Source of the DNA: an uncultured Nitrospiraceae bacterium
Lineage (GTDB): Bacteria > Nitrospirota > Thermodesulfovibrionia > Thermodesulfovibrionales > Dissulfurispiraceae
Direction: 5' to 3'
DNA length: 64,000 nt
NCBI GenBank assembly: GCA_963727805.1
Contig: CAVSHF010000003.1
Coordinates: 1,024,001-1,088,000 of the forward strand
Shown here one piece after another: positions 19,842 through 30,480 of the stretch. The translations under genes and the position numbers were made by a program. The notes beneath the pieces are model-generated. The model worked only from the letters and a program-made list of their open reading frames with translations, made no database searches and was not told where the DNA came from. Positions within the stretch are counted from its first letter, which is position 1; the number at the start of each line of letters is the position of its first letter.

Positions 19842-20528
19842 ATGATCGAAGTGATGGAAATAAGAAAGGTTTTCAATGCGGGCAAGCCCAATGAGTTCGT
19901 TGCTATAGATGGAGTCAGCCTGTCCATAGAACATCATAAGGTAACGGTATTGAAAGGACCCAGCGGATCGGGCAAGACCACGCTACTGGGCATTCTGGGC
20001 TGCATGGCCCGCCCCACTTCGGGACGAATCATTCTTTCCAAAGGAGAAATAACAAGCCTCCCGGAGAGGTTTCTCACGGAGATTCGCCGCACAACCTTCG
20101 GTTTTGTTTTTCAGCAGTTCAACCTCATCAAGGGCATAACGACCATAGAAAACGTCATACTTCCGGCATATCCCGTTGGGGACAGCCCGGTCGTCCTGAA
20201 GAAGAGGGCCATGGAGCTCCTCTCTCTCTTCAACCTTTCACAAAAGGCCTACTCGAAAGTGGAGTGGCTTTCGGGAGGAGAGGCTCAAAGGGTAAGCATA
20301 GCTAGGGCGTTGATGAACAACCCTGAGGTAATCATCGCCGACGAACCTACGGCAAACCTCGACACCAAACTTTCGAGAGAATTCATGGAAATCGTCGGTA
20401 ATCTTAACGGGCAGGGCAAGACAGTAATCATAGCGAGCCATGACCCGATAGTTTATGATTCACCCATCGTCGACAGGGTCGTCGAAATGAGAGACGGGAA
20501 GATTATTGCCGGGGCAACTGAGAAATGA
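19842..20528 (+). CDS. LolD-like ABC ATP-binding protein
   Basis: GPSGSGKTT, LSGGEAQR, ADEPTANLD. Confidence 0.95.
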   Translation: MIEVMEIRKVFNAGKPNEFVAIDGVSLSIEHHKVTVLKGPSGSGKTTLLGILGCMARPTSGRIILSKGEITSLPERFLTEIRRTTFGFVFQQFNLIKGITTIENVILPAYPVGDSPVVLKKRAMELLSLFNLSQKAYSKVEWLSGGEAQRVSIARALMNNPEVIIADEPTANLDTKLSREFMEIVGNLNGQGKTVIIASHDPIVYDSPIVDRVVEMRDGKIIAGATEK

Positions 20529-21529
20529 TTTTCCGGCCAGCCATTATCGCGCTACTCTGCGGTTCGGCCATTATAAGTTTCATGCTGATATATGCGGCAT
20601 ACTATGGGTTGCGAATCGTAAGACAATGGAATATCACGAGCGGCAGCGAACTGCAGTTAAGCCTCGAACGAAAGACCTACCTTCTATCAACTATCATGAG
20701 CTATGTATTGGCATTTCAGCTCGCCTCCTTCTTCCTCTTCATATTTACGGTGGATGACATACACCCCCTCTTTGTCGGAGCAATGTGCGCGGCGGGGACC
20801 CTCAACGTAAACCAGTACGGCTATCCTACGGTCATCATGAAAATGATCAATTTCCTGCTTGCCGGCGTGTGGCTAATTGTCAATTATGTGGACAACAGGG
20901 CTTTTGACTATCCGCTCATAAAAAAGAAATATTTGTTGCTGCTAGTGGTAGCCCCTCTCGTAGTCGCGGAAATGGTGTTACAGGGCTCCTATTTCCTCAA
21001 CATGAAGGCACATGTTATCACCTCCTGCTGCGGCAGCCTCTTCAGCACAGAGACGGAGGGGGTCACTTCCAGCATCGCAGCACTACCGCGCTTGCCCATG
21101 GAGACCACCTTTTATGCAAGTATGGTACTGACCCTGGGATCGGGGATCAATTTCTATCGTAGGAACAACAGTTTGGGCTACTTATATTCAGCGTTAAGCA
21201 TCGCAACCTTTGCCGTATCAGTGGCGGCCCTGATATCGTTCATATCTCTTTATTTTTATGAGCTTCCCACACACCATTGTCCTTTTTGCATCCTGCAGAA
21301 AGAGTATGGCCACATTGGCTATCTTCTTTATCTCACGCTTCTAGGCGGGGCCGTGTCCGGCATGGGAGTCGGAGCACTTATGCCCTTTAAGAACATTCCG
21401 AGTTTATCAACCGTAGTCCCTGCAGTCCAAAAAAAGCTCGTTATAGCAGGACTCACCCTTTATCTCATTTTTGCAGCAATCGCAACCTACGAGATACTAT
21501 TTTCAGGGCTGAAACTCGAAGGATACTGA
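20525..21529 (+). CDS. Polytopic membrane protein with Cys/His motifs
   Basis: GAMCAAG, ITSCCG and HHCPFC motifs between TM helices. Confidence 0.8.
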   Translation: MIFRPAIIALLCGSAIISFMLIYAAYYGLRIVRQWNITSGSELQLSLERKTYLLSTIMSYVLAFQLASFFLFIFTVDDIHPLFVGAMCAAGTLNVNQYGYPTVIMKMINFLLAGVWLIVNYVDNRAFDYPLIKKKYLLLLVVAPLVVAEMVLQGSYFLNMKAHVITSCCGSLFSTETEGVTSSIAALPRLPMETTFYASMVLTLGSGINFYRRNNSLGYLYSALSIATFAVSVAALISFISLYFYELPTHHCPFCILQKEYGHIGYLLYLTLLGGAVSGMGVGALMPFKNIPSLSTVVPAVQKKLVIAGLTLYLIFAAIATYEILFSGLKLEGY

Positions 21530-21700
21530 AACAATAAAGACTGCCTTCTTTCTTTCCATCTTCATAATTTCTTCAAAATTGCATGCTATTCTTATTCATA
21601 AGCTATGGATAAGGGATTGACAAGCATCTTCGGTGCTGATAACCATTAATAGAAAGCCGCTTTCAAAATCAAAAAATGAAGCGCAAATGCGGAGGGAATA

Positions 21701-22093
21701 ATGAAAAAGATGTTCATGTTGACAATGGTGCTGCTTTTAATTGGGACAGGCGCAGCCTTTGCGTCAGGCCTGGAGCTCAAACAGAAAGCAGGTGAATATA
21801 ATGTTGAAGTAAGGCTCGACAAGAACCCGGCGGTTGTCGGCAATAACAGCATTGAAATTCAAGTGAAGGATGCTTCGGGGCAATACGTGACCGATGCAAA
21901 GGTAAAGGTCGACTATACGATGCCAGCCATGCCGGGCATGCCGGCCATGAATTACAAGTCCGACGCGGCGTTATCCGGCAAGAAATATGCGGCAAAGATG
22001 AACCTTTCCATGTCGGGTTCATGGAATGTCGCGGTCAAGATATCAAAGGGCGGCAAGACTTCCACCGTTAAGTTCAATGTGGATGCCCAGTAA
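21701..22093 (+). CDS. YtkA/FixH-like periplasmic protein
   Basis: Signal peptide, MPAMPGMPAM, LSMSGSW. Confidence 0.85.
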   Translation: MKKMFMLTMVLLLIGTGAAFASGLELKQKAGEYNVEVRLDKNPAVVGNNSIEIQVKDASGQYVTDAKVKVDYTMPAMPGMPAMNYKSDAALSGKKYAAKMNLSMSGSWNVAVKISKGGKTSTVKFNVDAQ

Positions 22094-22136
22094 GAGCAAC
22101 AATTACGAGGGTAAACGGAGGACAGTAGGCGACACC

Positions 22137-23417
22137 ATGCTGCTTATTGCCTTCTGTTTGTTGTTATCCTCTTACTGCTTACTTTTCCCTCCTTCGGGTT
22201 TCGCAGAAGACCTTAATCTGCAGCAACTCATTGACGAGGCGCTCAGCAACAGTCCCGATCTGCATGCCTCCAGAGCGCGGGCAACGGGGGCAGAATACAG
22301 AATACCCCAGGTGCAGACACTTCCCGATCCTATGGTCTCGGTGGGCTACCAGAACGAAGGGTTCAAGAAATACACCTACGGCACATCGGATGATGCACAG
22401 TGGATGTTCTCCGCCTCTCAGACCATTCCTTTTCCGGGGAAGCTGGCCCTCAAAGGCGAGGCGGCGGCAAAGGAATCGGAGAGCACTTATGCGAATTATG
22501 AATCCCTCCTTCTGAAAACAATAGCCAGAGTGAAGGAACTCTATTTCGATCTATATATTGCGTATAAAAATATCGATCTGCTTCACGAAAGGACAACTCT
22601 GTTCAGCCGGGTTGAGGATGCCGCCCTTGCCCGTTATTCCACCGGAAAAGGCTCACAGCAGGAAGTACTCATGGCCCAGACAGAGAAATATGTGCTCCTC
22701 GAAAAGGATGAAATGCTCCGGCAGAAAATACAATCCCTGGAGGGCTTGCTCAATATCGCGGTTGGCAGACCCGCTGATGCCCCGCTTGGAAGGCCGTCTG
22801 ATACATCGCTTTCTATGTTTCCTTATGCGATGAATGATCTTATCAAGATCGCAAATGAGCGGTCTCCTGAAATTGCGGCTAAAGATAAAATGATAGGGGC
22901 TGCAGAAGCAAAGGTAGCCTTCGCAAAAAAGGACTATATTCCGGACTTCACAGTGGCCGGCAGCTATTTTGCGCGTGGAAATGGCTTCGAGAACATGTGG
23001 AGTCTCACTACAAGCGTCAACGTGCCGATATTTTATAGAACAAAACAACGGCATGCCGTAAACGAAGCCGATGCGTCTCTCAACGCGGCCCGGAGTGAAA
23101 AAGAATTGATGAGACTTACGATCGCCTCGGCTATTAAGGACAATTACTCGACGCTCACGGCATCGGATAGACTCATGTCGCTTTATAAAGAAGGCCTCAT
23201 ACCGAAGAGCCGCCAGGACGTGGAACTTGCGCTTTCGGGATATAAAACAGGAACTGTCGACGCCCTGACGGTCATCACAAAACTCAAATCGGTCATCGAT
23301 TTTGAAATTTCCTACTGGGGTCAATTTGCTGAGCATGAGAAGGCCATCGCCCGACTTGAGGCGATCGCGGGGCTGTCGCACATTACTACTACAGAGTTAA
23401 CGGGGAACTTAAAATGA
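22137..23417 (+). CDS. TolC/CusC-family outer membrane efflux protein
   Basis: OEP family pattern (LPDP, QTIPFPGK); first gene of the CBA operon. Confidence 0.88.
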   Translation: MLLIAFCLLLSSYCLLFPPSGFAEDLNLQQLIDEALSNSPDLHASRARATGAEYRIPQVQTLPDPMVSVGYQNEGFKKYTYGTSDDAQWMFSASQTIPFPGKLALKGEAAAKESESTYANYESLLLKTIARVKELYFDLYIAYKNIDLLHERTTLFSRVEDAALARYSTGKGSQQEVLMAQTEKYVLLEKDEMLRQKIQSLEGLLNIAVGRPADAPLGRPSDTSLSMFPYAMNDLIKIANERSPEIAAKDKMIGAAEAKVAFAKKDYIPDFTVAGSYFARGNGFENMWSLTTSVNVPIFYRTKQRHAVNEADASLNAARSEKELMRLTIASAIKDNYSTLTASDRLMSLYKEGLIPKSRQDVELALSGYKTGTVDALTVITKLKSVIDFEISYWGQFAEHEKAIARLEAIAGLSHITTTELTGNLK

Positions 23418-24643
23418 AAAAAAAAGTTCTTTTTATCTTTATCGGCATTGCGATTGTCGCTCTGGCAGCACTGGTCTATCTTCGAACAAATGCTTCGTCG
23501 CCGGCAAAGACAAAAGTGAGCACGGCACAGGTTCAGCCGATGCCGGGTATGGATATGGGGCAGCAGCAACAGGCGCAGGCTCAAACAACCCAGCCTCAGA
23601 ATGAGGCAGCATCGACACAGCCTGATCAAGAAGAAGCGCTGACGGTCGAAATTCCGCCGGACAAACAGCAACTCATCGGAGTAAAGACCGTTGTTGCCGA
23701 GATCAGGCCCATGCAGAAGATTATCAGAACAGTCGGGCTCGTCGAATACGACGAACGCAGGCTCGCCACGGTGAATACGAAATTCGAGGGATGGATAGAA
23801 AAACTCCATGTCGATTATTCCGGAAGATATGTCCGCAAAGGCGAACCGCTTGTCGATATATATAGCCCCGAACTCCTTGCCACGCAACAGGAGTTCATTA
23901 ATCTTTCGAAATGGGAGAAAGACAGCAAATCGGTCAAGAATGAAACAGTGGGCTCGATGCTTTCAAACGACTCAAAAGCCATCATCGAAGGGGCGCGGCA
24001 GAGATTGCGCCTGTGGGACATCAGCAATGCCCAGATCGACAAGATTGAACAGACCGGAAAACCTATGCGAACTCTTACCATCTACAGTCCCGTCAGCGGA
24101 TATGTTGTACAGAAGGCCGCGCTTAAGGGCATGCGCGTCATGCCGGGTGAAAAGCTCTTTGATATCGCTGATCTTTCCACTGTGTGGATAGTGTCTGATA
24201 TCTTCGAATATGAGCTTCCGCTCATTCAGTTGGGTGAAAAGGCCACCATCAGCTTGAGCTATTTCCCCGGCAAGGAATTTACTTCGATCATCGACTATGT
24301 CTATCCGACTATCGCCGGCGATACCCGTTCTGCAAAGGTGCGCTTCACCATCGCCAATCCCGGCAACAAGCTGAAGCCTCAGATGTATACCAATGTCGAG
24401 GTAAAGATCAACCTCGGAAAGAAGCTCATCATTCCCAATGACGCGGTTCTTGACTCAGGAAAGCGTCAGGTCGTCTATGTCGATAAGGGAGAGGGCAATT
24501 TTGAACCGCGGGAGGTGAGTATCGGAATCAGGGCCGACGGAATGGTCGAAGTCACCAAGGGTCTGAAGGCGGGCGAACGCGTCGCGTCATCCGCGAACTT
24601 CTTGATCGATTCCGAGGCGAAATTGAAGGGTGTTGTTAAGTAA
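23414..24643 (+). CDS. cusB: CusB-like heavy-metal RND periplasmic adaptor
   Basis: GWIEKL, YSPELLATQQE, SANFLIDSEA. Confidence 0.9.
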   Translation: MKKKVLFIFIGIAIVALAALVYLRTNASSPAKTKVSTAQVQPMPGMDMGQQQQAQAQTTQPQNEAASTQPDQEEALTVEIPPDKQQLIGVKTVVAEIRPMQKIIRTVGLVEYDERRLATVNTKFEGWIEKLHVDYSGRYVRKGEPLVDIYSPELLATQQEFINLSKWEKDSKSVKNETVGSMLSNDSKAIIEGARQRLRLWDISNAQIDKIEQTGKPMRTLTIYSPVSGYVVQKAALKGMRVMPGEKLFDIADLSTVWIVSDIFEYELPLIQLGEKATISLSYFPGKEFTSIIDYVYPTIAGDTRSAKVRFTIANPGNKLKPQMYTNVEVKINLGKKLIIPNDAVLDSGKRQVVYVDKGEGNFEPREVSIGIRADGMVEVTKGLKAGERVASSANFLIDSEAKLKGVVK

Positions 24644-27600
24644 TGATCGCTAAAATAATCGATTTTAGCGCGCGGAATAAGTTTGTCGTATTTCTTTTCG
24701 TTGCTTTCCTTATCGTCTGGGGATTCTGGGCACTCCAGAAAACGCCGCTTGATGCGATCCCCGATCTAAGCGACACCCAAGTCATCATATTTACCGAATG
24801 GTCCGGCAGAAGTCCGGATCTCATCGAGGACCAGATCACCTATCCTATTTCGTCGACGCTCCTTGCCGCTCCCGAAGTTCGGTCTGTGAGGGGATTTTCA
24901 TTTTTGGGGAGTTCCTTTATCTATGTCATCTTTAAGGAAGGCACCGACATCTACTGGGCGCGAAGCCGTGTCCTCGAATATCTCCAGGCCGTCAAGAACA
25001 AGATCCCCGCTGATGTCAATCCTGTTCTCGGTCCCGACGCAACAAGCGTCGGGTGGGGCTTCTCCTACGCCGTCGTCGATGAGACCGGCGGCCATAACTT
25101 GGCGGAATTACGTTCAATTCAGGACTACAATGTAAAGCTTGCCCTTGAAAGTGTCCAGGGCGTATCGCAGGTCGCCAGCATCGGCGGCTTTGTAAAGCAA
25201 TACCAGATAACCATCGACCCTAATAAGCTTCTGGCCTATAACATTCCCTTACCCAAGGTGCTCGATGCGGTCAAGAAGAGTAACCAGGATGTAGAGGGAA
25301 GAGTGCTCGAATTCGCCGGCACCGAATACATGGTTAGAGGCAGAGGCTATATCAAAAGCCTGAGCGACATAGATAACATCGCTGTGGGTGCCAGCAGATC
25401 GGGAACACCTGTCTATTTGAGGGACATCGCCCGCGTGCAGCTCGGACCCGAGATACGACGCGGCCTTGCAGAGCTTAATGGGAAAGGTGAAGTGGCAGGA
25501 GGCATCGTTGTAGTCAGATTCGGACAGAACGTCCTGGACGTCATTGACAGGGTAAAACAAAAGCTAACATCCGATGTCGAGCCGAGCCTTCCAAAAGGGG
25601 TGAAGATCGTCGTTACCTATGACAGGACGGACCTCATCCATCGTTCTATCGATACACTAAAAGAAGAGCTTATAAAGCTATCAATTGCCGTAAGCCTGGT
25701 CTGCATCATATTCCTTTTTCATCTCCCGAGCGCGCTCGTGGTGATCCTGACGCTGCCCGTGGCCATCATTATTTCGTTCATCTGCATGTACTATCTCGGC
25801 GTCACTTCGAATATCATGAGTCTGAGCGGCATCGCGATAGCTATCGGCGCAATGGTAGATGCATCGATCATCATGGTCGAAAATGCCCACAAAAAGATGG
25901 AGCAGTGGGAGTGTAATCATGAGTTGTATTGCGGAAGGCTCGATGTAATAATCGATGCAGCGAAAGAAGTGGGGCCTTCACTCTTTTTCTCGCTTCTGGT
26001 GATCACGGTCGGGTTCCTTCCAGTTTTCACGCTTCAGGAGCAGGCTGGCAGGCTCTTCAAACCTCTTGCTTACACCAAGACCTTTGCAATGCTGTTTTCT
26101 TCCTTCCTTGCGATTACGCTCACTCCCGTGCTGATGTCCCTTTTCGTTAGACAGAGTGCTCTTGGCAAGATCCCGATTATTAAATACCTCTTCACTATTT
26201 ATCCTGAAGAGAAGCACCCAGTAAGCCGCATTCTGCGAAAGCTCTACGAACCTATCGCGCGAGGGTCGCTTCGATATAAAAAGACCGTTATCGTTCTCGC
26301 AATCCTCGTTTTGGCTTTGACTGCATATCCCTTTATGAAGCTCGGCTCCGAATTCATGCCCCCGCTCTATGAAGGTTCTCTATTCTATATGCCCGTGACG
26401 GTTCCGGGAGCTTCAATATCGGAAGTGTCAAAACTCCTCCAACTCCAGGACAGGATACTCATGCAGATACCTGAAGTATCGCAGGTATTCGGCAAAGCCG
26501 GGCGCGCTGATACCGCTACCGATCCTGCACCACTTGAAATGTTTGAGACCATCGTCAATCTGAAACCCGAATCTCAGTGGAGACTGGGGATGACCATGGA
26601 GAAGCTCAAATTCGAGATGAACAATGCCCTTACCATCCCGGGCGTTGCCAACTCCTTTACCATGCCGATAAAGGCCCGCACAGACATGTTATCAACGGGG
26701 ATAAGAACCCCGGTCGGCATCAAGATCCTTGGTTCCGATATTGACGAGATCGAGCGCATTGGTCTTGAGATAGAAAAACTCGTGCAAGAAGTTCCCGGCA
26801 CTCGCACCGCCTATGCCGAACGTGTCACCACAGGATATTTCTTCGATATCAATGTAAAGCGCGAGGCAGCCGCTCGTTACGGACTAAACGTGAAGGATGT
26901 GCAGGAGATCATCCAGTCCGCCGTAGGGGGCATGAACGTTACCACTACCGTAGAGGGAAGAGAACGGTATCCCGTAAACGTGCGCTATTTCAGGGATATG
27001 CGAAGCGACATCGAAGACATCCAGCGGGTTCTTGTTCCTGTCATGGAAGGCCCGGCGGCTGCAATTATCCCAGGGATCCCTCTTCAACAGCCGAGAATCA
27101 CCCAGGTCCCGCTCGCCGAACTCGCCGACGTTAAAATAGTAAAGGGACCGACTGCCATCAAGAGCGAAGAAGGGTTACTTACCTCTTACGTCTACATCGA
27201 CTTCGCGGGCAGGGATGTGGGAGGCTATGTCGACGAGGCGAAAAAGAAAGTTGCATCACTGAAAATGCCTGCGGGATATCGGCTCCAATGGAGTGGTGAG
27301 TATGAGTACCTCATGCAAACTCACGAACGCCTGAAGATTGTTATACCTTTAACTTTATTCGTCATCTTCGTCCTCATCTATTTCAACACCAAGTCCTTTA
27401 CTAAAACAGCCATCGTATTCCTAGCCGTGCCATTCTCGCTCGTGGGATCGTTCTGGCTGCTCTATCTGCTTGGTTACAACATGAGCATCGCCGTATGGGT
27501 CGGAATTATCGCGTTGGCAGGTCTCGATGCCGAGACCGGTGTCGTAATGCTCTTATACCTTGAGCTGGCATACGAAAAATGGAAAAAGGAAGGAAAGTTG

Positions 27601-27882
27601 ACGAATCTGGACGCATTGAAAGAGTCGGTCATGTATGGCGCGGTGAAGAGGATCAGGCCCAAGATCATGACGGTTGCCGTCATCCTTGCGGGACTTGTAC
27701 CGATAATGTTCAGTCACGGCACCGGATCCGATATAATGAAGAGGATCGCGGCGCCAATGGTCGGCGGCGTTGTAACCTCGACTATTCTCGAACTCATCAT
27801 ATACCCAGCTATATACATGCTCTGGAAGGGACGGGAGGTCAGGAAGGTCGAGGCCACTCGCTCTTATGGAATAGAGAGCTAA
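24643..27882 (+). CDS. cusA: CusA-like Cu/Ag RND transporter
   Basis: DAIPDLSD, AMVDASIIMVEN, EFMPPL, DPAPLEM, DMLSTGIRTP, KRIRPKIMT. Confidence 0.95.
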   Translation: MIAKIIDFSARNKFVVFLFVAFLIVWGFWALQKTPLDAIPDLSDTQVIIFTEWSGRSPDLIEDQITYPISSTLLAAPEVRSVRGFSFLGSSFIYVIFKEGTDIYWARSRVLEYLQAVKNKIPADVNPVLGPDATSVGWGFSYAVVDETGGHNLAELRSIQDYNVKLALESVQGVSQVASIGGFVKQYQITIDPNKLLAYNIPLPKVLDAVKKSNQDVEGRVLEFAGTEYMVRGRGYIKSLSDIDNIAVGASRSGTPVYLRDIARVQLGPEIRRGLAELNGKGEVAGGIVVVRFGQNVLDVIDRVKQKLTSDVEPSLPKGVKIVVTYDRTDLIHRSIDTLKEELIKLSIAVSLVCIIFLFHLPSALVVILTLPVAIIISFICMYYLGVTSNIMSLSGIAIAIGAMVDASIIMVENAHKKMEQWECNHELYCGRLDVIIDAAKEVGPSLFFSLLVITVGFLPVFTLQEQAGRLFKPLAYTKTFAMLFSSFLAITLTPVLMSLFVRQSALGKIPIIKYLFTIYPEEKHPVSRILRKLYEPIARGSLRYKKTVIVLAILVLALTAYPFMKLGSEFMPPLYEGSLFYMPVTVPGASISEVSKLLQLQDRILMQIPEVSQVFGKAGRADTATDPAPLEMFETIVNLKPESQWRLGMTMEKLKFEMNNALTIPGVANSFTMPIKARTDMLSTGIRTPVGIKILGSDIDEIERIGLEIEKLVQEVPGTRTAYAERVTTGYFFDINVKREAAARYGLNVKDVQEIIQSAVGGMNVTTTVEGRERYPVNVRYFRDMRSDIEDIQRVLVPVMEGPAAAIIPGIPLQQPRITQVPLAELADVKIVKGPTAIKSEEGLLTSYVYIDFAGRDVGGYVDEAKKKVASLKMPAGYRLQWSGEYEYLMQTHERLKIVIPLTLFVIFVLIYFNTKSFTKTAIVFLAVPFSLVGSFWLLYLLGYNMSIAVWVGIIALAGLDAETGVVMLLYLELAYEKWKKEGKLTNLDALKESVMYGAVKRIRPKIMTVAVILAGLVPIMFSHGTGSDIMKRIAAPMVGGVVTSTILELIIYPAIYMLWKGREVRKVEATRSYGIES

Positions 27883-27894
27883 TCGACGTTGTCA

Positions 27895-28368
27895 TTAATT
27901 CTGCTTCCTGTATCGGATAAACAGGCCATTTAAGAAGTTCCTGAGAAACTGATCGCCGCACTCTTTATAGTTTTTGTGCCCCTGCTTTCTGAATAATGCC
28001 GTCAGTTCAGATTTTGAGACGGCGATATCAGCCAGTTTCAAAACTCTTAGCATATCATCCTCTTTCAACTCCAGGGCAATCCTCAGTTTTTTTAAAATGG
28101 CATTATTCGTTAATGGAGAGGCCGCTTTCTTAGCCTGACCCGGTTCAGTTTCTTTCTTGCCTCTTTTATGTAAAATTAACCCATCCAAAAAATATCCTAA
28201 AATCCTGTCACTGCACGCCACGTAGCCTTTATCTTCTTCTCTTTTAAGAATAGCAGTTAAGGTGGCTTGATTCATTTCATACTCCGCCAGTTTGAATATC
28301 TCAATCATCGTCGAATCGTTAATATTCAAAGCGTACCTAATCCGCCTAAGTACGTCATTGTTAGTCAT
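27895..28368 (-). CDS. DUF1456/YehS family protein
   Basis: MTNNDVLRRIRYAL, NNAILKKLRIAL, CGDQFLRNFL. Confidence 0.9.
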   Translation of the reverse strand: MTNNDVLRRIRYALNINDSTMIEIFKLAEYEMNQATLTAILKREEDKGYVACSDRILGYFLDGLILHKRGKKETEPGQAKKAASPLTNNAILKKLRIALELKEDDMLRVLKLADIAVSKSELTALFRKQGHKNYKECGDQFLRNFLNGLFIRYRKQN

Positions 28369-28395
28369 TGCAACCTCCTCGCTGATACAACGAAT

Positions 28396-29196
28396 TCAGT
28401 GTTTATGGAACAGATAGTGTGAATGCAGATGGCTATGGGCCTTGCCATCGTGATAATGGATATGCTCATGGATCAGATTTACTTTTAGCAGAAGCTCTTC
28501 ATCGTAGAGAATCTCGTCTGCAGAGCCTACTTTTTCGAGCCGGTGTTCTTCCGAAAGTACAGCAACCCTTGAATGAAGTTCACCGACCAGCGAGAGGTCG
28601 TGCGTAGCGATGACGATAGTCTTTCCCGCTTCATTCAGGGCGAGGATCAATTCCATAAGAAAAACCTGTGTCCTGGGATCAAGGCCATTCGTGGGTTCAT
28701 CGAGCAAAAGCACATCCGGGTTCATAGTGAGAACCGAACCGAGGGCTACCCGCTTCTTTTCACCTCCCGAAAGCATATAAGTGGGCCTGTTGCTGAGGTT
28801 TTCGATCTTGAGCATCTTAAGAATTTCGATTGCCCTGTCCATGGCCTCCTCACGCTCCAATCCGATTTGAAGGGGACCAAAGAGCAGCTCGTCGATGACC
28901 GTGGGACAAAAGAGCTGGATATCTGAATCCTGAAAGACATAGCCAATCTTCTGGCGGAAAAAGCGGAGAAAGTTCTTTTCCTTAAGTGAGCTTTCCGTCA
29001 CCGATTGATCATGAAAGAGATAATCACCTTCCGATGGGAATAGCAGCCCCGCGAGGATCTGAAGGAGCGTGGATTTGCCACTTCCGTTCGACCCAATGAC
29101 TGACAATTTCTCTCCGCACTTTATTCCCAAGCTGACGTCGATCAGGGCTGAGAACTTTTGATAATAGGAGTATTGTATATTCTGAACGTTGATCAT
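28396..29196 (-). CDS. ECF Ni/Co transporter ATPase (NikO/CbiO) with His-rich tail
   Basis: GSNGSGKST, LSGGEKKR, C-terminal HEHIHYH...HSHLHSH. Confidence 0.9.
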   Translation of the reverse strand: MINVQNIQYSYYQKFSALIDVSLGIKCGEKLSVIGSNGSGKSTLLQILAGLLFPSEGDYLFHDQSVTESSLKEKNFLRFFRQKIGYVFQDSDIQLFCPTVIDELLFGPLQIGLEREEAMDRAIEILKMLKIENLSNRPTYMLSGGEKKRVALGSVLTMNPDVLLLDEPTNGLDPRTQVFLMELILALNEAGKTIVIATHDLSLVGELHSRVAVLSEEHRLEKVGSADEILYDEELLLKVNLIHEHIHYHDGKAHSHLHSHYLFHKH

Positions 29197-29224
29197 CGAT
29201 TAATCTCCCATTCTACAGTGATAA

Positions 29225-30154
29225 CTATTTCATTAGCAGACATACCATTGCTGCCGCAATCAAACACAACCCAGTTGACCAATCCTTGCCCGTCATTTTC
29301 CGATAATGATAAAGCCTTATCTCCCCAGAAAAACCTCGCGACAGCATGGCTTTGAAGACCTCATCACACTCCATCTGGGTCTTCTTAAAAACAAAGGCTA
29401 TCCTGCCGGCGATCCATTCGCGGGCCTCTGTCCTACCAGTGACGCTGGCAAGCCTGGCCTTTTTTGCAAGATACATGTCCGATACAATATGGGCGAATGT
29501 AAACATGTACTTGTACGTCATAGAGATAATGATAAGGAATGTGTCGGGGACCTTGATGATCTTCAGGGCCTTCACGATATCAGCAAAGGGAGTGGTATAA
29601 AGAATCAGAAAAGAGATCGAAAGCGAATTTAGCACCCTCAGCGTCAGAAGGGATATTATCGAAATCCCCCCTTCGGTAATCCCAATGATCTGCGGCACAT
29701 GATATATCCAGAAGTCGTACGAGCGAGACAATGTGAGCAGAAGGATGATGACTTTTCCCGGAACGATCACGTTCAGTGCCGATGGAGCGGACACGAGAAA
29801 GCCGAAGACAAAACCGAGCACAAGCACTTTTTTATAAAAGGCGATCATGTTGAGACGGCAGAGTGCGGTAAGGATGAAGACAAAAAGAGAGATCGTGGCC
29901 TCGGGAAGCACCGTCCTTTTCAGGCTTATCACGATGATTAGAACTATCCAGAAAACGATCTTTATTCTGGCGTCGAGGTCATGCAAAAAACTCCTCTTGG
30001 ACGATAAATCCCATTGGGTATATCCTTCGGTAAAAAGTTCAGCAAATCCCCGGATCCCCTTCTCAAGATAGGACATGTCAACACGTCCACCGCCCCGCAT
30101 CTGAGAAGATGCAGAAGAAGATTTCAGCAGAAAGGCCGGTATGTCATTTTTCAT
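29225..30154 (-). CDS. ECF transmembrane component (NikQ/CbiQ)
   Basis: LDARIK, AMLSRGF. Confidence 0.88.
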   Translation of the reverse strand: MKNDIPAFLLKSSSASSQMRGGGRVDMSYLEKGIRGFAELFTEGYTQWDLSSKRSFLHDLDARIKIVFWIVLIIVISLKRTVLPEATISLFVFILTALCRLNMIAFYKKVLVLGFVFGFLVSAPSALNVIVPGKVIILLLTLSRSYDFWIYHVPQIIGITEGGISIISLLTLRVLNSLSISFLILYTTPFADIVKALKIIKVPDTFLIIISMTYKYMFTFAHIVSDMYLAKKARLASVTGRTEAREWIAGRIAFVFKKTQMECDEVFKAMLSRGFSGEIRLYHYRKMTGKDWSTGLCLIAAAMVCLLMK

Positions 30155-30479
30155 GCTTGACCAGAATCTTTGAGATGATATAGAGAACTAAAGCTACAGC
30201 GGCTATACCAACAATGGCGGATCCTATGTATGAGACCGCTTGCGTACCAAAAGAGGCCCCTTCTCCACCGAAATTATAATCAGCGATTGGAGCCTTCCAG
30301 ATATCAGCAATTTTTTTCATCCCTTCAGGCACATACCCTAATATTTTTCCGAGTGCCTCGGTCCCCCATTCTCCCCATGCTTCACTAGCGCCTAATCTTT
30401 GGGGCAGATAGATGCCCAGAGGTGTGAGAAGCGCCATTATGCCTAATCCAACCCAAAGTTTCTTCTGGAATATCGTCAT
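30144..30479 (-). CDS. NikN-like (PDGLE-type) component
   Basis: LLTPLG, AWGEW, APIADY. Confidence 0.8.
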   Translation of the reverse strand: MTIFQKKLWVGLGIMALLTPLGIYLPQRLGASEAWGEWGTEALGKILGYVPEGMKKIADIWKAPIADYNFGGEGASFGTQAVSYIGSAIVGIAAVALVLYIISKILVKHEK

Positions 30480-30480
30480 A

